A stretch of DNA of 64,000 nucleotides. Origin: an uncultured bacterium. GTDB taxonomy: Bacteria > Patescibacteriota > Minisyncoccia > Phycocordibacterales > Phycocordibacteraceae. Made by a program: the position numbers and the translations under genes. Position 1 is the first letter of the stretch. The number at the start of each line of letters is the position of its first letter. Below the pieces are notes generated by a model. That model was not told where the DNA came from. It did not search any database and worked only from the letters and a program-made list of their open reading frames with translations. The stretch is from assembly GCA_963851445.1 (NCBI GenBank), contig CAWKPH010000001.1:553363-617362 (forward strand). Reading direction: 5' to 3'. This document shows positions 39,239-47,463 of the stretch, piece by piece.

Positions 39239-39697
39239 ATGACTCCTCCAAAGGTTACCCCTCTCAAACTCGAAACCTACCTGGCTGTCATTAAGAACAG
39301 TGTTGGTACCCGCATGTTCCGCACCTACTACGCCCTCGTCGACGGGAAGCGGAAAGACATCATGCGTCAGGGTGAACTCTCCTGTGCTTTCTTTGTTTCT
39401 TTCATTCTTTCTGGATTCTCTTTAATTGAAGGCATGCACGGAACCGTCGAAGGCACGGTGAAAGATCTCAAAGCCTCTGGTTGGAGACATACAAAAACTA
39501 TTCGAATTGGATGTGTGATTGTATGGGAACCTATAAAAGGAGATAGAGGGGAAGTACATAGGCATATCGGCTTCTATGTGGGAAATGGGAAAGCCATCAG
39601 CAACGACTACAAGAAGGGAATGCCACGTCTCCATCCCTACAAGACTCGGAAGATTACAGGACTCTATTGGAACTCTAAACTAAATAGCTCCGCATGA
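39239..39697 (+). CDS. NlpC/P60-like (papain-fold) hydrolase domain protein (cassette gene, inverted orientation)
   Basis: Candidate Cys in ELSCAFFV and the HIGFYVGNGKAISN His motif resemble C40 peptidases. The last codons SSA and the TGA stop are supplied by repeat A3 (AGCTCCGCATGA). Confidence 0.45.
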   Translation: MTPPKVTPLKLETYLAVIKNSVGTRMFRTYYALVDGKRKDIMRQGELSCAFFVSFILSGFSLIEGMHGTVEGTVKDLKASGWRHTKTIRIGCVIVWEPIKGDRGEVHRHIGFYVGNGKAISNDYKKGMPRLHPYKTRKITGLYWNSKLNSSA

Positions 39698-39714
39698 TAG
39701 AGGACGTTAGAACC
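39687..39714 (+). repeat. Cassette-array repeat A3 (truncated: GCTCCGCATGATAGAGGACGTTAGAACC)
   Basis: The left half of the family A box only. Confidence 0.7.
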
Positions 39715-39757
39715 TACGTCTCATGATTTTCTCACGAGAATAAGGTATACTCTGCAT

Positions 39758-39931
39758 ATGTTTATGTTTTCCAAGAAATCACAGAAAAAGAACCTCCAGG
39801 AAGTTACCAAGAAGCAGCTCAAGAAAACCATGCCTGTGATTGAATCACTTCGCGACTACGATGCCGGAAAAAAGGACATTTCAACCCGTACCGCCCAACA
39901 GCGTCTGCCAAACATACGAGTTGCTCCGTAG
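39758..39931 (+). CDS. Small ORF (57 aa) upstream of and overlapping doc; candidate antitoxin, not Phd/YefM-like
   Basis: ATG-initiated and lysine-rich. It ends with TAG 11 nt inside the probable TTG start of doc. It is absent from the ORF track because it is under 60 aa. Confidence 0.3.
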   Translation: MFMFSKKSQKKNLQEVTKKQLKKTMPVIESLRDYDAGKKDISTRTAQQRLPNIRVAP

Positions 39932-40277
39932 TCAGGGGCTTGTATCGTTTGCACTCACCACTCAAGCGAAAGATAAGGTGGAAGCAATTGTTGCGAACAT
40001 AACCAACACTTACTATGGGCGCGAAATCTACGTAACGGCCGAGGAGAAGTCCGTTGCTTATTTGTATTTCCTCATAAAAGACCATCCTTTTACAGATGGC
40101 AACAAGCGTACTGCCTCACTCGTTTTTAGTATCCTTTGCGAATTAAATGAACTGACTCCACACTTTGGAAACGAAAATCCAACTCTCGATGAGCTTGCTG
40201 TATTCATCGAAAAGATTCAAGAGGAGGATCACCAATCGGTGATTCGACAGATTGCCGTCTTGATATTTGAGACATAG
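39840..40277 (+). CDS. doc: Doc (death-on-curing)/Fic-family toxin
   Basis: HPFTDGNKRTA matches the Doc-type HxFx(D/N)GNKR motif. Alternative starts are ATG 39861 or TTG 39921. Confidence 0.7.
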   Translation: MNHFATTMPEKRTFQPVPPNSVCQTYELLRSQGLVSFALTTQAKDKVEAIVANITNTYYGREIYVTAEEKSVAYLYFLIKDHPFTDGNKRTASLVFSILCELNELTPHFGNENPTLDELAVFIEKIQEEDHQSVIRQIAVLIFET

Positions 40278-40289
40278 GTTATTCGTTTT

Positions 40290-40372
40290 GCACTATAGAG
40301 GACGTTAGAACTTGTGTATATAAAAAGAAAACCACCTTTCTTAAGGGCAGTTTGTCTGGCTAGGTGATGGAA
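40290..40372 (+). repeat. Cassette-array repeat A4 (GCACTATAGAGGACGTTAGAACTTGTGTATATAAAAAGAAAACC + hairpin)
   Basis: Family A copy lacking the GCTCCGC head. The hairpin CCACC..GGTGATGG precedes the stop of 40379..40891. Confidence 0.7.
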
Positions 40373-40378
40373 ACAAAC

Positions 40379-40891
40379 TCACAGGATAAATACCTCATAC
40401 TCGCAACCATCAACCAGTAAGCCTTCACCACGATTGGGGAAAAAACTCCGATGAGGAACATTTTGTGTCCAATCGACTCTTCCACCCTGCATTTCGATGA
40501 GACGCCAAGCAAGCAGTACGGGAACCTCGTCATGACCAACGACGACAACGTTTTCCTCCATCTGCGCGGTTTCCAGAAGAGTGTCTAGGGCTCGTGTCGC
40601 GTACCCCTGTCCAGATTCTTCCTCCTTAGAGCCTACATAGGGAATAGAAACTCCCACGTGCTTGAGATTGCCGAAGGCGAACAGTATTGGGTGCAGTGTC
40701 GGTCGCTGACCAGAAAGAAGAAGGCGAGCTGTAGTCACACAGGCTTCATCTTCAGAGGTTAGAGCAAAAGTTGCTATGAAGTCTCGTTCGAGCAGCCATG
40801 TACGGGCTCGCTTGATGTCGTTAATCCCATCTACACTTAGGTCACGTCCCTGGCCAAGCTCGCCATGGCGCTGAAAGAAAAAGCGAGCCAT
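40379..40891 (-). CDS. Histidine phosphatase superfamily (SixA/PGAM-like) protein (cassette gene)
   Basis: N-terminal RHGE motif (QRHGELGQG) and a second His in VVVVGHDEV. Confidence 0.55.
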   Translation of the reverse strand: MARFFFQRHGELGQGRDLSVDGINDIKRARTWLLERDFIATFALTSEDEACVTTARLLLSGQRPTLHPILFAFGNLKHVGVSIPYVGSKEEESGQGYATRALDTLLETAQMEENVVVVGHDEVPVLLAWRLIEMQGGRVDWTQNVPHRSFFPNRGEGLLVDGCEYEVFIL

Positions 40892-40984
40892 ATGTCAATC
40901 CTCAATGAAGTTTCTTGGTACGTTATAGCACAATTTGTAGATTTTCAGCTCCCAAACATTACCTTAATATACCTTCCTCATTGG

Positions 40985-41042
40985 AAGGGGAGTGAGTGTA
41001 AAAAAGAAAACAGTCCACCGAAGCAGACTGCTTCGGTGGACT
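40985..41042 (+). repeat. Cassette-array repeat B2 (GGGGAGTGAGTGTAAAAAAGAAAAC + perfect 14-bp hairpin)
   Basis: Short variant. The hairpin GTCCACCGAAGCAG/CTGCTTCGGTGGAC plus T-run on the minus strand is a strong terminator for 41064..41336. Confidence 0.7.
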
Positions 41043-41063
41043 GGATTGACCTCTCAGGCGAGG

Positions 41064-41336
41064 TTAAGGGGTTATGCGGGCGAGGCATCCCAGATCAGCT
41101 TCGACCCGGGCATACTCACCAGGGGAGATCTCGAACTCGACGTCGAGGCAGTCTTCCACGAACTTCGCAATGCCATGCACAAGGCCGATGGTTCCTCCGC
41201 GAATCGCGGTGGTTGCTGGTCTGCCATCGGTCAGAAGTGGCGGTGGCGTACGACGGCCGCAAAAGGTTTGGGTGGCCTGCACGAGGTCGGCATAACAGTA
41301 GCCGCCGATTAGCTTCTTTTCCCGTTTCTGATTCAT
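41064..41336 (-). CDS. Hypothetical 90-aa protein, GC-rich (~60% GC) (cassette gene)
   Basis: The promoter GCGGAGCACAG TTGACA N16 TGATATAGAT and the 5'UTR are nearly identical to those of the 44663..45085 cassette. Confidence 0.45.
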   Translation of the reverse strand: MNQKREKKLIGGYCYADLVQATQTFCGRRTPPPLLTDGRPATTAIRGGTIGLVHGIAKFVEDCLDVEFEISPGEYARVEADLGCLARITP

Positions 41337-41431
41337 CGAATGCTCTCCGCGCTAGAATGAAAGGGTACAAACGGATTTAGATCCGAAGGTTCTCTTTATC
41401 TATATCATATAAAGTATATTCTGTCAACTGT

Positions 41432-41515
41432 GCTCCGCACAGTGCACCAGGTTAGAACCTGTTTGGTATAAAAAGAAAAGGACAGCTTCACACAAATGTG
41501 CGAAACCGTCCTGGT
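41432..41515 (+). repeat. Cassette-array repeat A5 (GCTCCGCACAGTGCACCAGGTTAGAACCTGTTTGGTATAAAAAGAAAAGG)
   Basis: Family A copy with an alternative middle segment. Confidence 0.75.
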
Positions 41516-41527
41516 GTCTCCCAATGC

Positions 41528-41941
41528 TTACTTACGGTTGGACGCCTTGGATGCCGCAGCCGAGGCCAGAGGAAGTGGTGCGGGGATTTCTCCATTGCCG
41601 TAGATTAGCCCGTCGCCTTGGAGGATGTTCGCGATGTCGCGGGTTCCGGAGAGTTTGACGACTGCGTATGAGCCATTCACGGGAACGTCGGTGACGATGC
41701 CGTCGTACTGCTTGCTGTTGATCTGGAGTTTCACCTCTTTCGAGCAGAAGTCCGTGCCGATGCAGTGACAGTAGTCTACGCCTTCACGGCAGGAGTTGCT
41801 GAACTGCCTCGACTGCGCGTACGGGTCTACCTCGCCGCCCGGGAACGGAAAGAGGTTGACCTTGAACGACACCTGGACCGTGCAGTCCTTGCTGGGGTCA
41901 CAGTCGACGGCGTCGATAAACACAGCATGTTTATAGTCCAC
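41528..41941 (-). CDS. Lipoprotein-like protein (cassette gene); the N-terminal signal peptide is apparently separated by a 1-nt frameshift (41942..42050)
   Basis: In the track frame, upstream of the called start, the sequence reads SPLALGACSDNSSS (lipobox LALGAC). MKMILVTCAAISA is encoded in another frame 30 codons upstream. Confidence 0.45.
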   Translation of the reverse strand: MDYKHAVFIDAVDCDPSKDCTVQVSFKVNLFPFPGGEVDPYAQSRQFSNSCREGVDYCHCIGTDFCSKEVKLQINSKQYDGIVTDVPVNGSYAVVKLSGTRDIANILQGDGLIYGNGEIPAPLPLASAAASKASNRK

Positions 41942-42172
41942 TTCGGCATGACCTAGGCTAGTCGAGGCCTCTGCCTTGCTCGACGAATTGTCGCTGCAAG
42001 CGCCAAGTGCGAGCGGAGATTGCCGCGCAAGTAACTAGGATCATTTTCATCTCAGTCTCTTTCCGTGGGGGGTTTCAGATCGATAGGAACAAATTCACTT
42101 CGGAGTCTAGTATGACATGTTAAGATTTCATGTCAAGTTCACGTTATGTTTCAATACCTTGGAATCATCCTG

Positions 42173-42247
42173 GCTCCGCATGATAGAGAACCTTAGAACA
42201 TAGCTGGTATAAAAAGCCACCCAGTCCGCTTTCGCGAAAGGGTGGCA
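42173..42247 (+). repeat. Cassette-array repeat A6 (GCTCCGCATGATAGAGAACCTTAGAACATAGCTGGTATAAAAAG + hairpin)
   Basis: Family A copy. Hairpin GCCACCC..CTTTCGCGAAAG..GGTGGC. Confidence 0.75.
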
Positions 42248-42272
42248 GTTGATCAGTTTTGAGATGCTAAAC

Positions 42273-43322
42273 CTACTTATGGCCAAGCGCTCTCCAATTG
42301 TTCTTGGTCTTGGTGGCATAGATACGTCCCGTTGGTCGTGTAGACCCGAGATACGGGAGCCGTGCCTTGTCCCAAAGCCATTTCCTCCCCGCATCCCGCG
42401 CGAACGCCGGTTTGTTATGGGCCGTGGCAATGTATTCCACAAGATCCACATCGCTTGTACGCCAGACCCGCTCGAGAGTCTTCAGTTCGCGTTCGTTGAG
42501 ACTCGCAATCAGATCGGCCAGGTTAGAAACCGCAAAAAGATATGCAGCCTTAGCGTGGTCGTCTGAACGAAGCCGCATGACACTCCCCGGTATCCTAAGA
42601 TTTGAAGGAAGAGAATGGTTGGCTTTTGAGGCGCCGTTCTGGTGTCCGTGGGCGTCGTAGATGGCGAATGGAGTGAACTGGAACGGTCCAAAGCTAGTGA
42701 TCCCGTCATGTATCGCCGGGATACTTTCCACGAAACGACGACCCCCGTGCCGAAGCAGGAAGTCAAAGTAATCGCGATTGAAGGCACCGTTGTAGCGACC
42801 GGGCAAGAGCTCAGTCATGGCGTATGCCACAAGTGAACGTCCGCCAATATGACTGGAGATCTGCTTGAGCAGCTTGAGCTTGCGCTCAGTTAGACGGTAG
42901 TGCTGGCCGAGTTGTTGCCAATCGAGGTGCGTCTGTAGAAGATGCGCATCCTCGCTAGCATCTGTCTCATACTGGCGAATCGGCATCCTTCCCGGATCTT
43001 TCGTCCGGTATTCAGAAATTAACTGCCGAGCCGTTGCTATAACCGTGCGGCTGTCGCCGTGATTGTTTTCTTTTGCCGTCCACAGCGCGACAAGCCGCTT
43101 GTCCCAATCGACACAAAGTCGAGAGGGGATCACATCATTGCGGCTGCTCAGTCCGATGTAATCGGCGTATAAGTCTGAACCGCGATGTCCGGCAAGGCGA
43201 CCGGTACTGTAGCAACCAGCATGTGAGCTGGTCGTGCGATACGTGGTCACAGCCATTGTCCCGAGAGGGAAGATGGCCATGCCCAGAGCCGCAAGTGCGG
43301 CATATGGTTTCAATGATCTCAT
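42273..43322 (-). CDS. Secreted hypothetical protein, 349 aa (cassette gene)
   Basis: Signal peptide MRSLKPYAALAALGMAIFPLGTMA. The promoter TTGACA N17 ATTATA abuts repeat A7. Confidence 0.5.
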   Translation of the reverse strand: MRSLKPYAALAALGMAIFPLGTMAVTTYRTTSSHAGCYSTGRLAGHRGSDLYADYIGLSSRNDVIPSRLCVDWDKRLVALWTAKENNHGDSRTVIATARQLISEYRTKDPGRMPIRQYETDASEDAHLLQTHLDWQQLGQHYRLTERKLKLLKQISSHIGGRSLVAYAMTELLPGRYNGAFNRDYFDFLLRHGGRRFVESIPAIHDGITSFGPFQFTPFAIYDAHGHQNGASKANHSLPSNLRIPGSVMRLRSDDHAKAAYLFAVSNLADLIASLNERELKTLERVWRTSDVDLVEYIATAHNKPAFARDAGRKWLWDKARLPYLGSTRPTGRIYATKTKNNWRALGHK

Positions 43323-43429
43323 AATTCACCCTCTCCCAAGGGACAGATTGTATTAGGTGGGACAGGCAAAGCCTGCATGAATTAGCCATGTATATAATAC
43401 ATATGATATACATTTTGTCAATTTTAGAG

Positions 43430-43492
43430 GCTCCGCCTCGTGTATGAGGTTAGAACCTATGTATAAAAGAAAACCCGCTGAAGCAGGTTTAG
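43430..43492 (+). repeat. Cassette-array repeat A7 (GCTCCGCCTCGTGTATGAGGTTAGAACCTATGTATAAAAGAAAACC + hairpin)
   Basis: Family A copy with the CCTC..GAGG mini-hairpin. Confidence 0.8.
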
Positions 43493-43514
43493 AATAGTTG
43501 ATGAGTTTCACGCC

Positions 43515-43910
43515 TCAATTCATTGAATGAATTCTGGCATCGTCGTCTGGCACAACTTCTTCGATGCACACGATTGGTCCCTCCTCAGTCATGATTGGCT
43601 GAACTGAGATACCAATCACATCTGGATCGAATATCAAGTTTTCAGAACCGGAGCGAAGCAGAAACTCAACCATGCGAGCTTCTCCGTTAGTCTCATCAAG
43701 GTCGGCATGAAAGACGGTCCCTCGGATCGCACCGAACATGCCATTACCCTTGTTGGTCAAGAGACCATCGCAGCACGGATGAGTGAAATACAGCTTACTG
43801 TCTTTGCCTCCCGATTGAAGTGCCTTGACTGAAGCGCTATGCAGAACCATCCGTTCCATAGCGCTAGTGTTCCTACCTCTCCAATCAAGGAAGATAAGCC
43901 CATTTAGCAT
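43515..43910 (-). CDS. Hypothetical protein, 131 aa (cassette gene)
   Basis: The promoter TTTGACA N17 TATAAA follows the degenerate repeat A8. Confidence 0.45.
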   Translation of the reverse strand: MLNGLIFLDWRGRNTSAMERMVLHSASVKALQSGGKDSKLYFTHPCCDGLLTNKGNGMFGAIRGTVFHADLDETNGEARMVEFLLRSGSENLIFDPDVIGISVQPIMTEEGPIVCIEEVVPDDDARIHSMN

Positions 43911-43990
43911 TTCGAATCCTCTCTACGAACGTATGGTTTACCCAAAGAACAGAGGCTTTATATCTTTATGGCATAGAGTTGTCAAACTCT

Positions 43991-44060
43991 GCTCTGCCTC
44001 TGCTATGAGGTTAGTGGGTGGTATGAAAAGAAAAAGCCCCCATACCGAAGCAGGGAGGTG
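43991..44060 (+). repeat. Cassette-array repeat A8, degenerate (GCTCTGCCTCTGCTATGAGGTTAGTGGGTGGTATGAAAAGAAAAAGCC)
   Basis: It retains CCTCTGCTATGAGGTTAG and TATGAAAAGAAAA. Confidence 0.6.
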
Positions 44061-44088
44061 ATGGTTATCTCAACCTTATCTGTGAAGC

Positions 44089-44481
44089 TTAGGCTTCAGC
44101 TGGAGCTCGAGTGAGATGGAAATCCAGAATAGGGCCTTCGTATCCGCGGAAGAACTCCTCGAGATCGAAAGGCGGCGGCGGACCGGCGTTGGACTCGTGG
44201 TTGACATAGTAGCGGCCAAGCTTGAAGAGCAGGTCAGCAGTGGTAACGTGCGGGAACATTCGCTGGAAGATATTGGCAAAGTTGAATACGCCAATCATCC
44301 AGACATCCATGCTGAGTTTTCCTTCGCGGCTATGCCGCGTAAAGTGCTCCCACACATGCTCGCGGAAATGTTCAATGAGCGTTTCGGGCGTATGATGTTC
44401 AGCAATGCGCTGACACCATTCTTCGTAACCGGCACTAATCTCTTCATTAGTCATTTGGCACCTCCTGGCTTTGTGTGGCAT
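44089..44481 (-). CDS. Hypothetical protein, ~120-130 aa (cassette gene)
   Basis: Histidine-rich and acidic. Confidence 0.4.
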   Translation of the reverse strand: MPHKARRCQMTNEEISAGYEEWCQRIAEHHTPETLIEHFREHVWEHFTRHSREGKLSMDVWMIGVFNFANIFQRMFPHVTTADLLFKLGRYYVNHESNAGPPPPFDLEEFFRGYEGPILDFHLTRAPAEA

Positions 44482-44590
44482 GTACCTTGGTCATTCCAAG
44501 GTATTGAACCATGCGGAATCTGAGCAGAATCTAGCACAGTTGCACAAGGGTTCCAACATCACCCGAAAGAATATTCGGTTGGCAGTTGTA

Positions 44591-44660
44591 GAAGTGAGTA
44601 TAAAAAGAAAACCACCCCTCCGTCGAAACGAAGAAGTGATCTTCGAATCGCCGAGGTGGC
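44591..44660 (+). repeat. Cassette-array repeat B3 (GAAGTGAGTATAAAAAGAAAACCACCCCTCCG + hairpin)
   Basis: Near-identical to B1 over ~40 nt. The spurious plus-strand ORFs 38135..38485 and 44471..44959 both translate this segment as SIKRKPPLRRN. Confidence 0.65.
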
Positions 44661-44662
44661 GG

Positions 44663-45085
44663 TTAGCGGAAGGGATCGCCAGAAACAATCTCGCCCCGCG
44701 TCTCCCCGCTGATCTTGCCGTCGATGTAGTCCATCTCGGATTGCTCCGCGCGTTCGTTAGGGTCCTCCATAAGATAAATATGGATCTCCCGCCGCACCTG
44801 GTTTTTCAGCCAGAAGAAACTCGGAACGAAGCTCACGCCGGTGATGACCAATGTGAACGCATTGAGTACCCTCCAGCTGAAGTGACCGATATGACTCTCG
44901 AGCCACGGCGGTCCAGGCATGAGGGTGGAAGCGATGACCACCCCGAGCAATATCGCTGAGAGAGCGGTCACCCTCTCCCTGTCGCTGAACTTTAGATAGA
45001 TGAGGGCAAAGCCGTAGCCACCCAAAACACCAGCGACGAGGTACGAGTAGCCCCAGGGCCACAAGTCTTGCCAGTGGGCAAACAT
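44663..45085 (-). CDS. Membrane protein, 140 aa (cassette gene)
   Basis: 3-4 TM helices. The promoter GCGGAGCACAG TTGACA N16 TGATATAGAT abuts repeat A9. Confidence 0.5.
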   Translation of the reverse strand: MFAHWQDLWPWGYSYLVAGVLGGYGFALIYLKFSDRERVTALSAILLGVVIASTLMPGPPWLESHIGHFSWRVLNAFTLVITGVSFVPSFFWLKNQVRREIHIYLMEDPNERAEQSEMDYIDGKISGETRGEIVSGDPFR

Positions 45086-45189
45086 GGTTCATGCGTCCTT
45101 TTGGCGCACTATATAGTTGGTGGAAAGAACGGGCAATGAGCCCAAAGGTTCTCTTTATCTATATCATTTAAATTTATTTTGTCAACTGT

Positions 45190-45265
45190 GCTCCGCATGA
45201 TAGAGGACGTTAGAACGTGTTTGGTATGAAAAATCGCCGACGCATCGCTTATGAGCGATAGCAAG
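45190..45265 (+). repeat. Cassette-array repeat A9 (GCTCCGCATGATAGAGGACGTTAGAACGTGTTTGGTATGAAAAA + hairpin GCATCGCT..AGCGATAGC)
   Basis: Full-length family A copy. Confidence 0.8.
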
Positions 45266-45333
45266 ATGTACTTGACAGAGTAAGAATAATATATTATTGT
45301 ATTAACGAATTTTGTTCCTGATGGAGAAAACAG

Positions 45334-45561
45334 ATGTATGCTTTCCGCATTGTTGGAGATTTCGCCGGTCTTATCGGAGCCCTGTGCGGCATGGCCGGGG
45401 TGATACTTTTGCTTTATGGTTGGCACTGTCACAATCGTGCATACAAATCAGCAACTACTGTGGCTGAGTGGCGCCGCGTTGCCCTGGTTTGGTCATGGTC
45501 TGCGTGGCTTCTTGTCCTCTCAGTGGGACTCACAGGGGTGCCAAACCTGCTCATCAAGTAG
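45334..45561 (+). CDS. Small membrane protein, 75 aa (cassette gene, inverted orientation)
   Basis: Two TM helices. It has its own TTGACA-containing promoter region at ~45272. Confidence 0.4.
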   Translation: MYAFRIVGDFAGLIGALCGMAGVILLLYGWHCHNRAYKSATTVAEWRRVALVWSWSAWLLVLSVGLTGVPNLLIK

Positions 45562-45638
45562 AGAACTGGCGCATGCGGAGAAAATCCGTGTGCGCCAATT
45601 ATTTTTATTTCTTTACGACGTTCACGATTTTCACCCTA

Positions 45639-45716
45639 GCCTCGCATGATAGAGGACGTTAGAACATGTTTGGTATGAAAAAGCCCGCATTGCTGCGAGC
45701 TCAGAATGAGAAGGGT
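45639..45716 (+). repeat. Cassette-array repeat A10 (GCCTCGCATGATAGAGGACGTTAGAACATGTTTGGTATGAAAAAG)
   Basis: Family A copy. Confidence 0.8.
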
Positions 45717-46265
45717 TTATGCGTGAGCCAAGACCTTGTCTTCAGAGAACCGATACTCCCCATCAAAGGGTGCAGTCGCCTCTGCAAACTGACTCAAGAC
45801 TTCCGAGACGAGTGGCCAGAACTTGCCATAGCCGATAAATGAGAATTCCTGTTCCAGCAGTCCGAACTCTGCCGTCGCCGAAAGTCTCCACTCATGTTGG
45901 CTGTGTGAGTTTTGTGAGTCATAGATCTTCCCGACGCAAACTCTGAGAAGCCGTTTTGGCCGAGAGAAGTTGGACATGCTCAGATCTTCTTCGCACCTCG
46001 GGATGCCAGCAAGCACTTGCAGGTGAGCGCTGTATTCCTGAGAGTATATCCTCTCCAAAAAAACAAGAGAGGGAAGACCATAGTGGCCGATAAGTTCCGT
46101 CAGTTCTGTGAGAGGACGTACACGATACGGTGGTTGCTTGGGAGATATGATACCCGCGCATGGGAAGTTGATCTCTTCCACACCACCATGGTTCTCGCTC
46201 ACTCTGTCGAAGATCAGACGAGGGGCTGCAAGCAGACCTTCGACGTCGATACGCTCTTGGGACAT
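45717..46265 (-). CDS. Hypothetical protein, 182 aa (cassette gene)
   Basis: Read on the minus strand, promoter CTGACA N16 TATACT and SD AGGAGG lie between repeat A11 and the ATG. Confidence 0.5.
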   Translation of the reverse strand: MSQERIDVEGLLAAPRLIFDRVSENHGGVEEINFPCAGIISPKQPPYRVRPLTELTELIGHYGLPSLVFLERIYSQEYSAHLQVLAGIPRCEEDLSMSNFSRPKRLLRVCVGKIYDSQNSHSQHEWRLSATAEFGLLEQEFSFIGYGKFWPLVSEVLSQFAEATAPFDGEYRFSEDKVLAHA

Positions 46266-46325
46266 GATTGCCTCCTGTGTAATTCCCGATTTCAGTATAC
46301 GATCTGCCCTCGATTTGTCAGCCCC

Positions 46326-46418
46326 GTCACGTATGACGTAAGAACTTGTAGGGTATGAAAAGAAAAAGACCGCCTCCCCGAGACACCGGAAAGACAGTCT
46401 CTGCAGAGAAGCGGTCGT
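46326..46418 (+). repeat. Cassette-array repeat A11, divergent (CGTCACGTATGACGTAAGAACTTGTAGGGTATGAAAAGAAAAAG + long hairpin GACCGC...GCGGTC)
   Basis: The mini-hairpin is replaced by CGTCA..TGACG and TTAGAAC becomes TAAGAAC. The terminator hairpin lies just before the stop of 46429..46770. Confidence 0.6.
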
Positions 46419-46428
46419 GAAAGTGGTC

Positions 46429-46770
46429 TCAAGCCACTTCGGTCACAACACGGTCGATGAGGTTTGTCGGTTCCGACAGCTCCATCTCGAAGAGCTTCTT
46501 CAGGGCGGAGATGCCCATGAGTGTGGCGAGAGCAACCATCTGGTCGTGCTCTTCACGTTTGAAGAGCTTGGTCACCGTCCAGAGTTCACGAACTCGACCA
46601 GGCATGCGTTCGAACTTCAGGCCGACCACCGGTTGGTGCCTGTCACCGACCGATACAAGCTCGATCTTGCGACCGAACTGAGCCAACAAGAAAAGGCTGC
46701 GATCCATGATGTTATCCTTTTGTGAAAAGCCAGACGTCTGGCAACAAATTCGGTACGTATATGAAAACAT
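46429..46770 (-). CDS. Hypothetical protein (probable start MDRSLF... at ~46707) (cassette gene)
   Basis: I chose this over the overlapping plus ORF 46417..46725 because it has a terminator, a repeat and an upstream TTGACA. Confidence 0.4.
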   Translation of the reverse strand: MFSYTYRICCQTSGFSQKDNIMDRSLFLLAQFGRKIELVSVGDRHQPVVGLKFERMPGRVRELWTVTKLFKREEHDQMVALATLMGISALKKLFEMELSEPTNLIDRVVTEVA

Positions 46771-46790
46771 GCACAGGAGCGTTTGTCAAG

Positions 46791-46838
46791 GCTCCGCGCA
46801 GTGCATGAGGTTAGAACGTGTATGTAAAAGAAAAAACC
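46791..46838 (+). repeat. Cassette-array repeat A12 (GCTCCGCGCAGTGCATGAGGTTAGAACGTGTATGTAAAAGAAAAAACC)
   Basis: Family A copy. Confidence 0.75.
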
Positions 46839-46852
46839 TACTCGCGTCTACT

Positions 46853-47320
46853 CTACACGCTTTCGGTTTTCTTGACGGCAAATCTCCAGAAGGGAGCCCA
46901 GCCGGCATCGATGATGCGCACTCGTATTCCATGTCCAGCTCCTGCATGAATACAGGGTACGAATCGGTATCCTCGAGGATCTTCCCATGTATCCTTCGGA
47001 GCTGTGATCGGAGGAGCATGTTCAAGTTGCGGATTGCTTGCCCGAAGCTCAAGTAGCTCTGCGGCATTTACTGCTTCATAACCCTCATTCAGAAGCAACA
47101 TAGCCGTGTCTTCCTTATGGCTGATCCACCAATCGAAGGAAACGAGATCGATTGAAACCGACTGAAGCCCATAACACAGTTGTGGGAAGTGCTCGTCAGT
47201 GAGGCGCGCATCGATGTAGTCTGGCGGATTCTCTTTTAGTGTAATCCGTCTCAGAATGCGTCTGATAGTCTGAGACCCCAGATAGGGAACCTGCACTTCA
47301 AAGTGCTCTACAATTTTCAT
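46853..47320 (-). CDS. Hypothetical protein, 155 aa (cassette gene)
   Basis: Extended -10 TGATATAAC and SD AAGAGG lie upstream on the minus strand. Confidence 0.45.
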   Translation of the reverse strand: MKIVEHFEVQVPYLGSQTIRRILRRITLKENPPDYIDARLTDEHFPQLCYGLQSVSIDLVSFDWWISHKEDTAMLLLNEGYEAVNAAELLELRASNPQLEHAPPITAPKDTWEDPRGYRFVPCIHAGAGHGIRVRIIDAGWAPFWRFAVKKTESV

Positions 47321-47377
47321 TCGACTACCTCTTGTTGATCTAAGTGAGTTATATCACTTTTTTATTTTTTTCAGATC

Positions 47378-47442
47378 CACCTCTGTCATGAGGTTAGAAC
47401 CTATGTATAAAAGAAAACCGCCCAATTGCTTGGACGGCTTGG
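47378..47442 (+). repeat. Cassette-array repeat A13 (CCTCTGTCATGAGGTTAGAACCTATGTATAAAAGAAAACC + hairpin CCGCCCAA..TTGGACGG)
   Basis: Family A copy lacking the GCTCCGC head. Confidence 0.7.
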
Positions 47443-47463
47443 TTTCTTCGTTAAGCTGATCGA

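Noticed and set aside
46417-46725. Plus-strand ORF 46417..46725 as the cassette gene
   Set aside because: It overlaps almost completely with minus ORF 46429..46770. The minus ORF fits the array grammar: a terminator hairpin and repeat at its 3' end, and TTGACA and a Met (MDRSLF) at its 5' end. The minus orientation is preferred.
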